This document shows positions 33,613-46,178 of a stretch of DNA of 64,000 bases, piece after piece. This DNA is from Planktothrix sp. GU0601_MAG3. Its GTDB lineage: Bacteria > Cyanobacteriota > Cyanobacteriia > Cyanobacteriales > Microcoleaceae. The stretch spans positions 32,001 to 96,000 of the forward strand of contig CP136572.1 in NCBI GenBank assembly GCA_035193785.1. The letters run 5' to 3'. Positions within the stretch are counted from its first letter, which is position 1, and each line of letters starts with the position of its first letter. The notes beneath the pieces were generated by a model that saw only the letters and a program-made list of their open reading frames with translations, ran no database searches and was not told the DNA's origin. The position numbers and the translations under genes are program-made.

Positions 33613-33633
33613 AAAGCCCTGAAGGGCTTACTA
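33613..33633. repeat. GTAGTAAGCCCTTCAGGGCT REP-like family (copies at 33613 inverted, 56036, 57600)
   Basis: Same 20-mer seen three times; the 57600 copy is paired with an inverted variant ending ggactcactac. Confidence 0.75.
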
Positions 33634-33638
33634 CTAAT

Positions 33639-34734
33639 ATGAATAAAATCGGTTTGCGAGGTCGTTTATTTTTATCCCATTTGTTAGTAATGTTAATTGG
33701 GGTAACATCCTTAGTGATTATTGGAAAAATATATTCTCCTAGGTTTTTTGTCAGTAATTTAGAACAATTAGAAGGCCCAGGCTTTCGGTTACAATATATT
33801 AGAACTCGTCTAGTCAAAGGCTTTGAAATAGCCTGGAACCGCAGCACCTTTTGGTCAGTTTTAGCCGGGACAACCGCCGCCGTAGGACTCAGTTATTGGT
33901 TAACTAAACGCATTACTAAACCCCTAACGGAAATGGAAGAAATCACCCAGAAATTTGCTTCCGGGGAATGGTCAGAAACGAATGTCTCCTAGTGATATTC
34001 CCGAATTAAATCAATTAGCCATAAGTTTCAATCAAATGGCGGCTAGTTTACAAAATGTGGAAAAAGGTAGACGGGAATTAATTGGTGATTTAACCCACGA
34101 ATTAAGAACTCCTTTAACTATTGTTAGAGGTTATTTAGAAGAAATAGCCGATGGAAATATTGCCCCGTCCCCAGAAATTTATCAACAATTAGCCAAAGAA
34201 ACAAAACGTTTGGAAAGGTTAGTGAATAACTTGCAGGAACTCTCGAAAGTCGAATCCGGTTATTTACCCATCCATCAAAAACCCGTTAATTTATATCCTT
34301 TATTAGTATCATTAGTACAACGGTTTTCCGATCAAATATTAGAAGATGGGCCGATTATTCAGTTAGAATCCTCGCCGGATTTACCCTTGGTTTTAGCCGA
34401 TTTAGATCGAACCGAACAAATTTTAGTTAACTTATTAGGAAATGCAATTTGTTATACAGAAACCGGAACAATTACTGTTAAAATAGGTTATGACTTAAAC
34501 TTTTTGTGGATTGGGGTTATTGATACCGGAATCGGCATTTCTCCCGAAGATTTACCCCATGTTTTTGAACGGTTTTGGCGAGCCGACCGTTCCCGTTCTC
34601 GACATTCAGGGGGAAGCGGAATTGGATTAGCAATTACCCGTCGTTTAGTGGAATTACAAGGCGGAAAAATTACGGTTTCTAGTAATTTAGGAAAAGGTAG
34701 TATTTTTAAATTTTCACTCCCCTTAGCCAAATAA
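33639..34734 (+). CDS. HAMP-domain sensor histidine kinase; apparent +1 error at 33975-33979
   Basis: THELRTPL, NLLGNA, DTGIGI, GSGIGL. Confidence 0.92.
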
Positions 34735-34812
34735 ACCGTAAAATTTAGAGTTTAAACGGGTATATATTGATTTCTCCCCTTCCCCTTTCTTAATATCCCT
34801 GTTTTCGCTAAA

Positions 34813-36255
34813 GTGATTGAGATGATTTATCTGGAGCTAACTGTGAATCTAGTTACAGGATTTTTCTCACCGGACTCGATGTTCTCAAGCCTGGGATCAA
34901 AATTCTTACCAATTTTGGGTACAGCAACGGAAGCCTGTCCTCCCGTTGAAGCCGAATCAACCATGGTACTCCTGGGAGTTCTGCTCAGTTTAGTCGCTAT
35001 TTTTGTAGCCAGTAAAGCGGGGGGAGAGTTTGCCAACTGGTTAGGGTTTCCGCCCGTTCTGGGAGAACTCCTCGGAGGCGTCATTATTGGGGTTTCCGCC
35101 CTGAATTTGGTGGTTTTTCCAGAAGGGGGTATTGATAGCACTCAATCTGTAATTATCAGTATTCTGGAAAAAACCGCCGGGTTAAGTCCAGATGCCGCAG
35201 AAGCAACTTTTAAAAGTCAAAGCGAAGTTTTAGAGATTTTATCGGAACTGGGTGTGATTATTCTATTGTTTGAAATTGGCTTAGAATCCAATGTTGAACA
35301 ACTTCTTGCTGTCGGAATTCAAGCCTTTGTCGTCGCTTCTTTAGGGGTTGTGGTTCCTTTTGTAGCGGGAACGGCCGGATTAATCATTATTTTCCATGTT
35401 CCCGTAATTCCGGCGGTTTTCGCCGGGGCAGCATTGACCGCTACCAGTATCGGCATTACCTCTAGGGTGCTATCAGAAATTGGTTGTTTATCTACCCAAG
35501 AAGGTCAAATTATTTTGGGTGCGGCGGTAATTGATGATGTCTTAGGAATTCTGATTTTAGCCGTTGTTGCCAGTTTAGCTAAAACCGGTGAAATTGATGT
35601 GACTAATATCATCTATTTGATTATTAGTGCCACCGTTTTTATTGTGGGTGCAATTGTTTTAGGGAAGTTTTTTAATGGGACTTTTGTGGCTCTGGCTTCC
35701 CAATTTAAAACCCGGGGTCGGGTTGTAGTACCTGCGTTGATTTTAGCGTTACTTTTAGCCTATATTGGCGGTGCGATTCACTTAGAAGCAATTTTAGGGG
35801 CATTTGCAGCCGGATTAGTGTTAGATGAAACCGAACCGGGTAGAGAGTTAGAAGAACTAATTAAACCCATTGCCGATGTAATTGTCCCGGTATTTTTTGT
35901 GGCGGTGGGGGCAAAAACTAATTTAGGGGTTTTGAACCCAGCAATCCCAGAAAATCGGGAAGGGTTAATTATTGCTACCTTTTTGATTGTGGTGGCGATT
36001 GTGGGCAAAATTGCCGCGGGTTGGGGAGTATTTGGTTTGGATAATCCCAACCGTCTTGGCATTGGCGTCGGGATGATTCCCCGGGGAGAAGTGGGATTAG
36101 TATTCGCCGCCGTGGGTTCGGCCAGTGGTGCATTATCCCCCGCCTTGGATGTGGCAATTATTCTGATGGTCATTATCACGACCTTCTTAGCACCTCCTTT
36201 ACTGCGAATTGTGTTTAAAACCGACACTCCGCCACCATTATCCGAAACAACTTAA
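34813..36255 (+). CDS. Cation:proton antiporter (CPA2, NhaS3-like); true start may be downstream
   Basis: LFEIGLES, ATSIGIT, AAVIDDVLG, MIPRGEVGL. Confidence 0.9.
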   Translation: MIEMIYLELTVNLVTGFFSPDSMFSSLGSKFLPILGTATEACPPVEAESTMVLLGVLLSLVAIFVASKAGGEFANWLGFPPVLGELLGGVIIGVSALNLVVFPEGGIDSTQSVIISILEKTAGLSPDAAEATFKSQSEVLEILSELGVIILLFEIGLESNVEQLLAVGIQAFVVASLGVVVPFVAGTAGLIIIFHVPVIPAVFAGAALTATSIGITSRVLSEIGCLSTQEGQIILGAAVIDDVLGILILAVVASLAKTGEIDVTNIIYLIISATVFIVGAIVLGKFFNGTFVALASQFKTRGRVVVPALILALLLAYIGGAIHLEAILGAFAAGLVLDETEPGRELEELIKPIADVIVPVFFVAVGAKTNLGVLNPAIPENREGLIIATFLIVVAIVGKIAAGWGVFGLDNPNRLGIGVGMIPRGEVGLVFAAVGSASGALSPALDVAIILMVIITTFLAPPLLRIVFKTDTPPPLSETT

Positions 36256-36449
36256 GGTAATTAAAGATGGTTTGATGGGTTGAAGTTGGGTGAGAAAACG
36301 AGGAAGCAGTGCGAGCGTCCTCGCTCCCTAGATATTAACTTTGTGGCGAATTCGACTTTTTAACCAAGACGAGCATGGCTCAATTTTGTTGAGATCCAGT
36401 GAATCCGGTGGTAAGTACAACCGTAGTCAAGAATTAAAGATTTGACCGC

Positions 36450-36612
36450 GTAGGGGCGGGTTCGAGTTCACCTTTGATACCCACAAACAATCTACAAAAA
36501 CCCGCACCGACCCCATCGGGCGGGGGGGGTTAAGAAGATTAATGGTGGGGTGGGGCGGGTTTTTCACGATTTGGTGTTGGGAGCAGAAATTATTATGGAA
36601 ACCCGCTCCTAC
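36450..36612. repeat. Cluster of GTAGGGGCGGGTT...AACCCGC.CCTAC REP-like palindromes
   Basis: Two pairs of inverted arms between convergent genes. Confidence 0.65.
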
Positions 36613-36647
36613 AATTGGGATAATTAGGAGGATAAATTCATCATTCC

Positions 36648-37817
36648 CTAATATATAAACGGAGTAATCTCCCCAGCTTTAACATTTAAAATTTGAGTAT
36701 GTTTTAACCATTGAGCATCAAAAGCCCCTAAATGAGTCGTTGTAATTAAAGTTTGAAATCGGTCTTGAATCGCATCTAATAGTTGATTTTGTCGGTTTAG
36801 ATCTAATTCTGCCAAAACATCATCTAAAAGCAGTAAAGGTGGCTCCCTCACGACTTCTTCAATTAGTTGTAATTCCGCTAATTTTAAGGCTAAAACTAAT
36901 GTTCGTTGTTGACCAGATGAGCCATAACTTCGGGCTGGAGTTTGATTAATACTAAAAATCACATCATCTCGATGGGGCCCAACTAAGGAAATTCCTTGCT
37001 GTTTTTCAGGAATTGCCCTGGTTCTAATTTTATCAAAAAAAGCCTGTTGAATTTTTTCCGGTGGAATAGTTGATAAACTGTGATTTGGTAAATCTAAATT
37101 AACATTAGGTTGATAAATTATATCCAATAATTCCGTATTTCCACTAATAGATTCATGCCAAACTTTAGCCAGGGGTACTAAACGTTCTAAAACGCGATCG
37201 CGACGACGGATAACCCGAGTTCCAGCTACGGCTAATTGAACATTCCAAAGTTCTAATTCTTCTTGTTTATCGTGAATTTCTGAGGTTTCTGGGTTTTGTT
37301 TAATCTGTTTTAATAGGGCATTTCTTTGGCGTAAAACTTGATTATATTGTTGTAAAATATAAGCATAAATTGGTTCTAACTGTACCAATAAACGGTCTAA
37401 CCAATGGCGTCGATATTCGGGACTACCCCGGACTAATTCTAAATCCAAACTAGAAAACTGCACTACATTTAATACACTCAAAAAATCTAAATGTCGGCGC
37501 AAGGATTCCCCATTTAAACAAACAGTTCTTCCCCCTTGAGAACGCAGGGTAATCCCTAAATCTAATGTCCCTAAATCCCGTTTTAAAGTAGCTGTAACCT
37601 GGGCGGTGGGTTGGGGATAAAAAATTAAATCCCGATCTCGACTCACCCGATGACTTTTGAGGGTAGAAAGTAACTCTACAGCTTCTAATAAATTAGATTT
37701 ACCCTGGGCATTATTTCCTAATAAAATTGTTTTGGGAGCTTCAAATATAACTTTTTGATCGGTATAGTTGCGAAACTGTCGTAGATGTAATAATTTCAAA
37801 TACATGGGAATAGGCAA
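36648..37817 (-). CDS. recF: DNA replication/repair protein RecF (likely start MYLK at 37805)
   Basis: [41 protein letters not shown]. Confidence 0.96.
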   Translation of the reverse strand: MPIPMYLKLLHLRQFRNYTDQKVIFEAPKTILLGNNAQGKSNLLEAVELLSTLKSHRVSRDRDLIFYPQPTAQVTATLKRDLGTLDLGITLRSQGGRTVCLNGESLRRHLDFLSVLNVVQFSSLDLELVRGSPEYRRHWLDRLLVQLEPIYAYILQQYNQVLRQRNALLKQIKQNPETSEIHDKQEELELWNVQLAVAGTRVIRRRDRVLERLVPLAKVWHESISGNTELLDIIYQPNVNLDLPNHSLSTIPPEKIQQAFFDKIRTRAIPEKQQGISLVGPHRDDVIFSINQTPARSYGSSGQQRTLVLALKLAELQLIEEVVREPPLLLLDDVLAELDLNRQNQLLDAIQDRFQTLITTTHLGAFDAQWLKHTQILNVKAGEITPFIY

Positions 37818-37914
37818 TGGGTAATAAGTAATTGGTAAAAAAATTAGATACAGCTAAAATATGATTACTCTGATTATAAAAATTAAAAAATAAATTAACA
37901 TTACTCATTACCCA

Positions 37915-37946
37915 TTCGTAATTCGTAATTCGTAATTCGTAATTCC
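37915..37946. repeat. Heptamer tandem repeat (TTCGTAA)4
   Basis: Direct reading. Confidence 0.85.
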
Positions 37947-38178
37947 TTTACCATACCATCTCATGGCGTTTTCAGTTGTTACCCAAGCCTAATTCAGTGC
38001 TACGATGCCCTAAACTAGATAAATCGGTGAATTGGGGTTACATTGGAAGGGGGCAGGGATGAAAACCTGGATAAATCACTAATACAGACGTGCATAGCAG
38101 GAGCAACATCGCTTGTGCCCATAGCTCGTCTAACCCCCGATAACTGATTACTGATAACTGATTACTGATAAGAGGACA

Positions 38179-39805
38179 GTGCCATATTTAATTTGTAATC
38201 CCGACACAACCGGTGCCATGACCTTTAACCTACAGTTCGGTGTGAATACCATCGGACGGGGACGGGATAGCACCATTTGTTTAGCGGATGTGAGTCTTTC
38301 TCGTCATCACGCTCGCATTGATGTCAGCGAAGGAAAAAACACGATTACCGATATGCAGAGTAGTAATCATACCTTTGTGAATGAGGTAATGGTTGAACAC
38401 GCGAATCTCAAATCTGGAGATTTAATTCGTTGTGGTCGTGTGGTGTTTAAATTTATGAATGTTTCCCTCACACCTTCTTTAAAATCGGAGGCTGAAAATT
38501 ATCAAACATCGGTTATTCAGGAATTTGCTACCGATAACAGTTATACCATTATTCAAGATTTATTAGGAACTTCCCAAGCCAGAAATTCCGTTTTAAATAT
38601 TCGACAACAAGATGCTAATTTAAGAATTGTTGACAAGTTAAAAATTTTATTAGAAGTTAGTAAAGAGTTATCTTCTCCTAATGAACTCAATAAACTTCTG
38701 GATAAAATTTTAGATTTATTATTTCAAATAATGAATCTGGATCGGGCAGCAATTTTGTTAGTTAATCCAAAAACCAATAATTTAGAAAATAAGGCGGTGA
38801 AATTTCGAGAAGAACCCCTGGCTGATGAACATTTTTATAGTAAAAAAATTACCAATATCGTCAGAGAAACGGGAAATGCCGTATTAATAGACAATGCTCA
38901 AGCTGATGAGCGATTTGAGGGGTCTGAGTCGATTCTCTGTCAAGCTATTCATGCCTCGATGTGTGCGCCCTTGAAGTTGCGGGATAGTGTAATTGGGGTT
39001 TTGTATGTCGATAATTTATCTTTATCTAATCTTTATTCTCCCGAAGATGTAGAATTTTTAGCAGCCTTAGCCAATCAAGCGGCGATCGCAATTGACAATG
39101 CTGAACTCTATAAAAAAATGCAGGAAGAAGCCGTAATTAGAAATAAATTAGAACGGTTTTTTCCGCCAGCCGTGAGTCGAAAACTGCGGGAAGAAGGAAA
39201 ATTTGATGCCATTGTAGAAAGTGAAGTAACGGCTCTATTTTCTGATATTACTCGATTTACAGAAATGTCTTCTCGAATGCAGCCCCGTCAAGTGATTTCC
39301 ATGTTAAATGAATATTTTAAACTGATGGTGGAGGAGATTGTTTTTCCCTTTGAAGGAAACCTTAGAAAAATACATTGGGGATGCGTTGGTTGCGGTTTGG
39401 GGTGCGCCCTATTCTCGCCATGATGATGTGGATCGGGCGGTGCGAGCAGCCATTGAAATGCAGTGGACGGTAGATCGGATGAATCAACGATGGAAACAGC
39501 GTTATGGAGAACCAATTTATATTCATATTGGACTGAATACCGGACAGGTGGCGGCGGGAAATATTGGGTCAGAAAAACTGATTCAATATACCCATATTGG
39601 GGATACCATGAATGTCGCCAGTCGCATTTGTTCAGCAGCTAATAAAAATGAAATTCTAATTTCTCAATCAACTTTTGATCAGTTAAAAGATCGGAGTTTG
39701 CCTTTAGAAAAAATACCTCCTGTTATTGTTAAAGGGAAAACCGAACCCCTGCAACTTTATCGTTTACATTGGCAAGAAGTTCAATCAACAGCCCTGTCTT
39801 TTTGA
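38179..39805 (+). CDS. FHA-GAF-class III adenylate/guanylate cyclase (CyaD-like); apparent +1 error at 39356-39360
   Basis: IGR..SLSRHHA FHA motif; GAF domain; LFSDI..FT, KYIGDA, GDTMNVASR. Confidence 0.92.
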
Positions 39806-39846
39806 ATCAAATAATTAAGAAACCCCTTCAGAAATTACTACGGTGG

Positions 39847-40905
39847 TTATAATCTGGCTCGTTTTAAGGCTTGCCAACTGGTATATCCTAATAATCCGGT
39901 TGCACCCATGGCATAGGCTAAACCACTCGGTATTCCTGAAAAGGCTAGGGCTAAACTTCCCACCCAAAGGGTGAGAGAATAGATAAATAATACCGTTCGG
40001 CGTTGGGATAAACCCGCTTCTAATAGTCGATGATGCAGGTGGCGTTTATCCGCAGCAAAGGGGGATTTGCCATGGCGAATTCGATCCAAAATCACCGCCG
40101 ACATATCCAAAATCGGAACTGCTAAAATTAAATAGGGGAGAATAACCGAGGTCACGGCTGTTACTTTGACTAAACCAATCACCCCAACCCCAGCTAGGGT
40201 AAATCCCATAAAATAAGCCCCCCCATCCCCCATAAAAATCTGGGCGGGATTAAAGTTATACCTTAAAAATCCCAGGGCACTTCCGGCTAAAGCCGCTGCA
40301 ATTAAGGCGGCGGCGGGTTGATTCATAAATAAACTGACAATCAACATCACCACGGCGGCAATGCCACAGACCCCCGCCGCCAGTCCGTCTAAACCATCAA
40401 TCCAGTTAATCGCATTGGTCATTCCCACTAACCAAATAACCGTAATGGGTAAACTCAACCATCCAATTTGAACTAGACCCAAATTCGGAATCGTTAAAAA
40501 GTCAATGCGGACACCTACCCACCAAACCAAACTGGCTACACCGGTTTGTAACAGGAGGCGAGTTAAAGGGGATAGGTTAAATAAATCATCCGCCAGACCA
40601 ATCAGAAAAAAAGCAATGCCCCCAAGGGTCACGCCCCAAATTTCATATTCATCCCGTGGGCTTAGGGGTTTTCCCGTGGCATCAATAAAGCCACCTAACC
40701 CCCAAACCAATAACAGAGCAATTAAGGCGCCAGCAAAGATGGAAACGCCACCTAAGCGCACCATCGGTTGTTGATGAACTTTTCGATCATTGGGTAAATC
40801 AACCCTTCCTGAATGGATGGCGATTTTTTTAACAATCGGGGTACTCCAGATCACAACTAGAGCGGAAATGATAAAAGCGATTAGGTGGTACAGATGGTGG
40901 GGCAT
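39847..40905 (-). CDS. Undecaprenyl-phosphate GlcNAc-1-P transferase (WecA/TagO, MraY-like family)
   Basis: GLADD, NAINWIDGLDGL, IFMGDGG, DKRHLHHRL. Confidence 0.9.
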   Translation of the reverse strand: MPHHLYHLIAFIISALVVIWSTPIVKKIAIHSGRVDLPNDRKVHQQPMVRLGGVSIFAGALIALLLVWGLGGFIDATGKPLSPRDEYEIWGVTLGGIAFFLIGLADDLFNLSPLTRLLLQTGVASLVWWVGVRIDFLTIPNLGLVQIGWLSLPITVIWLVGMTNAINWIDGLDGLAAGVCGIAAVVMLIVSLFMNQPAAALIAAALAGSALGFLRYNFNPAQIFMGDGGAYFMGFTLAGVGVIGLVKVTAVTSVILPYLILAVPILDMSAVILDRIRHGKSPFAADKRHLHHRLLEAGLSQRRTVLFIYSLTLWVGSLALAFSGIPSGLAYAMGATGLLGYTSWQALKRARL

Positions 40906-41062
40906 CTGAGGTTACAGGTGCAATAGGTTCTTTGGCTGTCAGCCAGAGTTTACTACATTTAGGAGCCTTTCTGAAAAAAAGTTTTGGCCTAGGGTTGGGA
41001 TGCTGGGGATTTAATCTATAGCGAGATTGCCTATTCCCTATTGCCTCTTGCTATAACAACCA

Positions 41063-42882
41063 TCAACTATCAACCATCAATATTAGGCGATTGGCATCAA
41101 GGCACACATACCAAGGAAAGGGCTGATCTTTAATGGCGTCCCACTTTTCTTTAAAAACTTCTGCCTGTATATGGTAGTCCTGAAAGTTAGTCGGTGTGCA
41201 ATTGAATTTGAGAAACAAGGTCATACGGTGGGGAGTTTCGCTGGTGGAGGCTAACCAACAGGGATAAATATTATCGCCCACCTTACCAGAAAAATCGGAA
41301 TTTGTGGTGATTTTGATTTGGTGTGCGCGGATGCCAATATTAGTTAGGGAATTAGGAATCGCTTCTAGGACTTGTAAGGTCACCCCCCAATCAGTAGCAG
41401 TCACGGAATTAGCCCCCCGTATTACCGCCCGTGAGAAGTTTTTGCAGCCTGTAAGTTTTGCCACCCGCACGGTGTGGGGATGTTCAAAGATTTGATGCTT
41501 AGTCCCGGAGGCGATCGCCCGACCCCCAGACATAACCAGCAGGTTTCCCACACAGACGGTAGGCTTCCTCTAGGTTGTGGGTGACAAACAGGGTAATGCC
41601 CTGATAGGAACTAAGAGTGGCTAGGAGTTGTTGCTCCATTTGATTACGGAGATGGGTATCGAGGGCGGAGAAGGGCTCATCGAGCAAAAGCAATTCCGGC
41701 TCTATTGCTAAGGCCCTAGCTAGAGCTACCCGTTGTTGTTGTCCCCCGGAAATTTGGTGGGGGAAGCGATCGCCCAATCCCTGTAGTTTCACCAGGGCAA
41801 GCTGTTGAGTCACTTGTTGTTGGCGGAGGAGTTTAGGCAGGTGCTGTAGGCCAAAGGCAATATTTTGGGCCACGGTCAGGTGGGGAAACAGGGCATAGTT
41901 TTGAAACACCAAGCTGACCCGGCGTTGATCACAGGGTAGGTTAATCTGCCGATCAGCATCAAACAGCGTCCGTCCATTCAGGACAATCCGCCCCCTCGTC
42001 GGCGTTTCCACCCCCGCCAGACAGCGCAGGGTCATACTTTTCCCCGAACCTGAACCCCCAAGAATCCCCAAGGTTTCCTGCTGGGCAGTGAAGGCCACAT
42101 TCAGTTTGAAGTTAGCTAATTGTTTTTCAATATCAACAAGTAAACAGTTATTATCAGTTATCGGTGAATGGTTATCAGTTATCAGTTGCTTATTATTTGT
42201 AGCCTGACTGTTAACTGTTAACTGTCCCCTCCTTGCTGCGGTGAAATTGACCACCATGAGGCCGGAGAGGGAGATGGACATGATGGCAACCGTCCACAGC
42301 CAGGCTTCCCGGAAATCCCCAGCTTCCACGGCAAAGTAGATGGCCATGGGCATGGTTTGAGTTTGTCCGGGAATATTCCCAGCCAGCATCAGGGTGGCGC
42401 CAAATTCCCCCAAAGCCCTAGCGAAAGACAGGGTTATCCCCGCTACCAGTCCGGGAGTCGCTAAGGGTAAGAGAATTTGCAGCAAAACCCGGACTTCGGA
42501 GGCTCCCAGGGTGCGGGCGACTTGCAGCAAACTACTATCGATTTGCTCAAAGGCTCCCAAGGCGGTTTTGTACATCAAAGGAAATGAAACCACAGTGGCG
42601 GTAATGACGGCTGCATACCAAGTGAAGACGATCGAGAAGTTTCCCCAAGATAGGAATTGACCGAGAAAGCCGTTTTTCCCAAAGAGTAGTAATAGCAAAA
42701 ATCCCACCACGGTAGGCGGCAAAATCAAGGGGGCAATCAGCAGCCCCTCCATCAGAGATTTCCAGCGTCCTCGATAGCCCAACATTCCATAGGCTGCGGC
42801 GGTTTCCCAGAAAAAAAGTGGCGATCGTCGCTAGTCCCGCCGTTTTCAGGGAAATCCACAGGGGCGATAAATCGGTAGTCAT
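41063..42882 (-). CDS. modB: Fused molybdate ABC permease/ATPase ModBC; apparent +1 errors at 42802-42806 and 41543-41547
   Basis: LILPPTVVG, FARALGEFGAT, GGSGSGKS, ISGGQQQR, LLLDEPFS. Confidence 0.92.
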
Positions 42883-42899
42883 AAGCCTTTAGATCTGCC

Positions 42900-43703
42900 T
42901 TAGTTGGCAATGCCAAAACCGTATTTTTTGAACACATCTTGGGCGAGGTTACTGCTCAAAAACTGTATGTAAGCCTTGGCAGATTCCTGATTCCGGCTGG
43001 CTTTCATTACAGCGATCGGATAGATGATCGGGGAGTGTAAATCCTTTGCGGCGGTGGCGACTTGTTTCACCTGCTGAGAGATTTTGGCATCGGTGAGGTA
43101 GACAATTCCCGCATCGGCATTGCCACTTTCTACGGCACTTAAAACATTACGAACTGAGTTGCCATAGACAAATTTGGGGCGCAATTCTGCCAAAATTCCT
43201 AACTTAGTAAAAATTTCTTCAGCATATTTCCCCGCCGGAACACTTCGGGGTTCTCCCATGGCAATTTTTCCTACATTAGAGTCGGTTAACTGTTCAAAAC
43301 TGGTGATATTTAAGGCGGAATTATTCGGCACAATTAAAACCAAACTATTAGTTAAAAGTGGCCGCCGAGTATCGGTGAGAATCAAATCTTTGCTCTGGAG
43401 ATTATCCATCTGTTGAGTGGCGGCGGAAATAAAAACATCCACCGGTGCGCCCTGCTCAATTTGTTGTTGTAAAAGCCCAGAGGCGGCGAAATTATATTTT
43501 AATTTCACCCCAGAATTAGCGGACTTAAATAGGGGATTAATTTCTTCTATGGCATTTTGTAAACTAGCAGCAGCCGCCGTTAATAAGGTAGTAGCTTGGG
43601 AGGTTACGGCTGGGGGAGGATTGGCAGAAGGGGAACAGGCTCCTACAGCCAAAAATACGGCAACAAATAAGCCGATTAAAAAATATAAAATACGTTTAGG
43701 CAT
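42900..43703 (-). CDS. modA: Molybdate-binding lipoprotein
   Basis: Lipobox VGAC; AAASL, SVPAGKYA, DAGIVY.TDA. Confidence 0.94.
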   Translation of the reverse strand: MPKRILYFLIGLFVAVFLAVGACSPSANPPPAVTSQATTLLTAAAASLQNAIEEINPLFKSANSGVKLKYNFAASGLLQQQIEQGAPVDVFISAATQQMDNLQSKDLILTDTRRPLLTNSLVLIVPNNSALNITSFEQLTDSNVGKIAMGEPRSVPAGKYAEEIFTKLGILAELRPKFVYGNSVRNVLSAVESGNADAGIVYLTDAKISQQVKQVATAAKDLHSPIIYPIAVMKASRNQESAKAYIQFLSSNLAQDVFKKYGFGIAN

Positions 43704-43804
43704 GGCTATTAATTTTATTTATTTGTGAACAATAATTAAACATAAATGGCTTTTAATTTTGTTTAATTTGAATCATTTAATAGTTTAATTATTAATCAAA
43801 AAAA

Positions 43805-43843
43805 ATAGGTGCAGGTTGGCTCTTAACTGACACCCCACACCTA
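43805..43843 (-). terminator. Hairpin after the ribonuclease gene
   Basis: taggtg...caccta arms with an A-run on the plus strand (T-run on minus). Confidence 0.5.
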
Positions 43844-43868
43844 TCTTTATACCCTTAAAATTCCTGCA

Positions 43869-45872
43869 TCAAGCAGTAGAACCAATAATCTCCTGAAATT
43901 GAATCATATCCATACGGGGATCAACATGACTCACCTTCACCTCAAACTGTTCTCCAACTTCTACAGAACGACTAAATCGCATCGGTAACTCTAAGGCTAA
44001 CTCCTCTAAAAAGACTAACCCCAAATTGGCATCTTCCCGCAGCCATCGCAACATTGTGGCTTGCCAAATTTCATCGCTATTCCGACGCAAAAATTCCAAA
44101 CTCCAATAACGATTCGTTTCCCGTTCCACTTTGGACGCTTCCTTCACCGCCGGCCCTAAACTCATCACAATCGCCTGCATATCTTCCAGGGAAAAGGGAG
44201 AGGTTTCACCTCGCAGATGGGCTTTAATTTGAAAATGAGCCAATAAATCACTATAACGACGAATCGGCGACGTCACCTGGGTATAAGTCTCTAAAGCCAA
44301 ACTCGCATGGCGCGAAGGAGTCAAACCCACCTCACTCCGAGGCATATAACGCCGCATAGTACAAGCTCTCACCGCCCCTGGTGGTAGTTGCATCAACTCC
44401 TCCTCCGGTGGTAATTCCGGTTGGGGTTGACTACGATAAGGTAAGAGTAAATTATGGGTTTGACCATAACGAGCCGCCACTTCCCCCGTTAAAATCATCA
44501 TTTCCGCCACCATTTGGCGAGACGGAGAATCCTCTAATACCGTAATACTGACTTCTTCCCCGTTCACCTTAATCACCGACTCGGGCATATAAATACTAAT
44601 TGCCCCGTTCGCATTTCGCCATTCCTTCCGGCGTTTAGCCCACATTGACAAAGCATCAATTTCCGGTTCCCCCTGGATGCCAATTTGCAACATCTCATCT
44701 ACATCATCGTAAGTGAGGCGATAGGTCGGTTTAATATTACTGACATGAATACTATAATCCTTTACCCCACCCGTTTCATCCAAAATCACACCAAAACTCA
44801 AAGCACAACAGATCTGGCCTTGAATTAGGCTCATTGGGCCAGTTGCTAATTCCGAGGGGAACATCGGAATCATTCCGGTAGGGAGATAAACCGTTGTTGT
44901 TCGGCGACGGGCTTCTAAGTCCAGTTCATCTCCAGGAGAAATCAAACGGGTTGGATCAGCAATATGAATCCAAATCCGTCTTCGTCCATCCTCCAAAATC
45001 TCTAAACTCAAACCATCATCAATCTCACGGGTACTCTCATCATCAATCGTATAGACTTTAAGATGAGTCAGATCTAAGCGATCAGAATCCGGATCAGGCG
45101 GGGGAGAATCCAAGCAACATCGAGCCACTTCAAGCACTTGAGTTGAAAATTGGGTGGGAATTTGACTCCGACGTAGGGATAGGTTTTCATGCAGACCCCA
45201 GATCCCTAAGTCTACTAACAATTGCAATGCAGCTTGGGGCGTTTGAGAACGTTCCAAGGTTGCCAAAGTTTCTAAAGCAGGTGCAACATGGGAAGCTTCT
45301 TCTCCATACAGCGCCAAACGCTCCAACGCATCCAAACGGTTGCGATCACTATTTTGCCATTCTACCACGACCCCCGCTAGTCTCTTTTGTACTCGCAGCC
45401 AATATTCTTGAACGTCCCGTTGTTTTTGTTCTTCAACGTCCTGTTGATGTTTGATTTCTGCAACTTGTCCAGGAGAGCGGGGTTCGTAGCGTTCACCCTT
45501 CTGTTTGAAGTAGAGTTTATCATTCGACAACAGCACATAACTGGCATAACACTGAGGCGGACTCTGCTCAGAAAACAAAAGCAGAGCCATTTCTTTCGGG
45601 TCTATGGTTTCTCCTTGCTCCACTAAAATTTCCCAAGCTACCTCCAAACTTGACGGATCAAGATAGGGTTGCAATTGTTTAGTGAAAGCCTGGATATCCC
45701 CAGGTTTGTATGTAGCCCCCGTTACCTCATAAGCAATTTGCCGAGGGTGAATCGTATGAGCCAGGAGGTTTTCATCAATAACGACCCAGTGTTTTTTCCC
45801 TTCAGGTCGATCAGCAACGGCGAGACGACGCTCTCCGTGCAATCTAAGCTCAATCAGAGTACCCTTTTCCAC
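43869..45872 (-). CDS. Ribonuclease II/R family exoribonuclease
   Basis: YTIDDESTREIDDGLS, HIADP, TSPIRRYSDL. Confidence 0.93.
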   Translation of the reverse strand: MEKGTLIELRLHGERRLAVADRPEGKKHWVVIDENLLAHTIHPRQIAYEVTGATYKPGDIQAFTKQLQPYLDPSSLEVAWEILVEQGETIDPKEMALLLFSEQSPPQCYASYVLLSNDKLYFKQKGERYEPRSPGQVAEIKHQQDVEEQKQRDVQEYWLRVQKRLAGVVVEWQNSDRNRLDALERLALYGEEASHVAPALETLATLERSQTPQAALQLLVDLGIWGLHENLSLRRSQIPTQFSTQVLEVARCCLDSPPPDPDSDRLDLTHLKVYTIDDESTREIDDGLSLEILEDGRRRIWIHIADPTRLISPGDELDLEARRRTTTVYLPTGMIPMFPSELATGPMSLIQGQICCALSFGVILDETGGVKDYSIHVSNIKPTYRLTYDDVDEMLQIGIQGEPEIDALSMWAKRRKEWRNANGAISIYMPESVIKVNGEEVSITVLEDSPSRQMVAEMMILTGEVAARYGQTHNLLLPYRSQPQPELPPEEELMQLPPGAVRACTMRRYMPRSEVGLTPSRHASLALETYTQVTSPIRRYSDLLAHFQIKAHLRGETSPFSLEDMQAIVMSLGPAVKEASKVERETNRYWSLEFLRRNSDEIWQATMLRWLREDANLGLVFLEELALELPMRFSRSVEVGEQFEVKVSHVDPRMDMIQFQEIIGSTA

Positions 45873-45880
45873 AGATAAAA

Positions 45881-46096
45881 TTAGCCTTCCTTATTGACAA
45901 AAGGCAACATAGCTAGAATTCTAGCCCGTTTGATGGCTTGTGTTAGATCTCGCTGCTGTTTGCAGGTGAGTCCGGTAATTCGACGGGGCAGAATTTTACC
46001 CCGTTCTGTAACAAATTTCCGCAACAGTTCGATATCTTTATAATCGATAGGAGTTCCGGGCTTGATCGGAGAAACTTGGCGACGGAAGTAGGTCAT
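45881..46096 (-). CDS. rpsR: 30S ribosomal protein S18
   Basis: IDYKD...[13 protein letters not shown]. Confidence 0.97.
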   Translation of the reverse strand: MTYFRRQVSPIKPGTPIDYKDIELLRKFVTERGKILPRRITGLTCKQQRDLTQAIKRARILAMLPFVNKEG

Positions 46097-46178
46097 GCTG
46101 AAATTGATCCTCTATGAATTGTTTAAACGGATTTAAGGTTTAGGCTAAGTGTTTAAGTTATGGATACTTTTACAGCCA

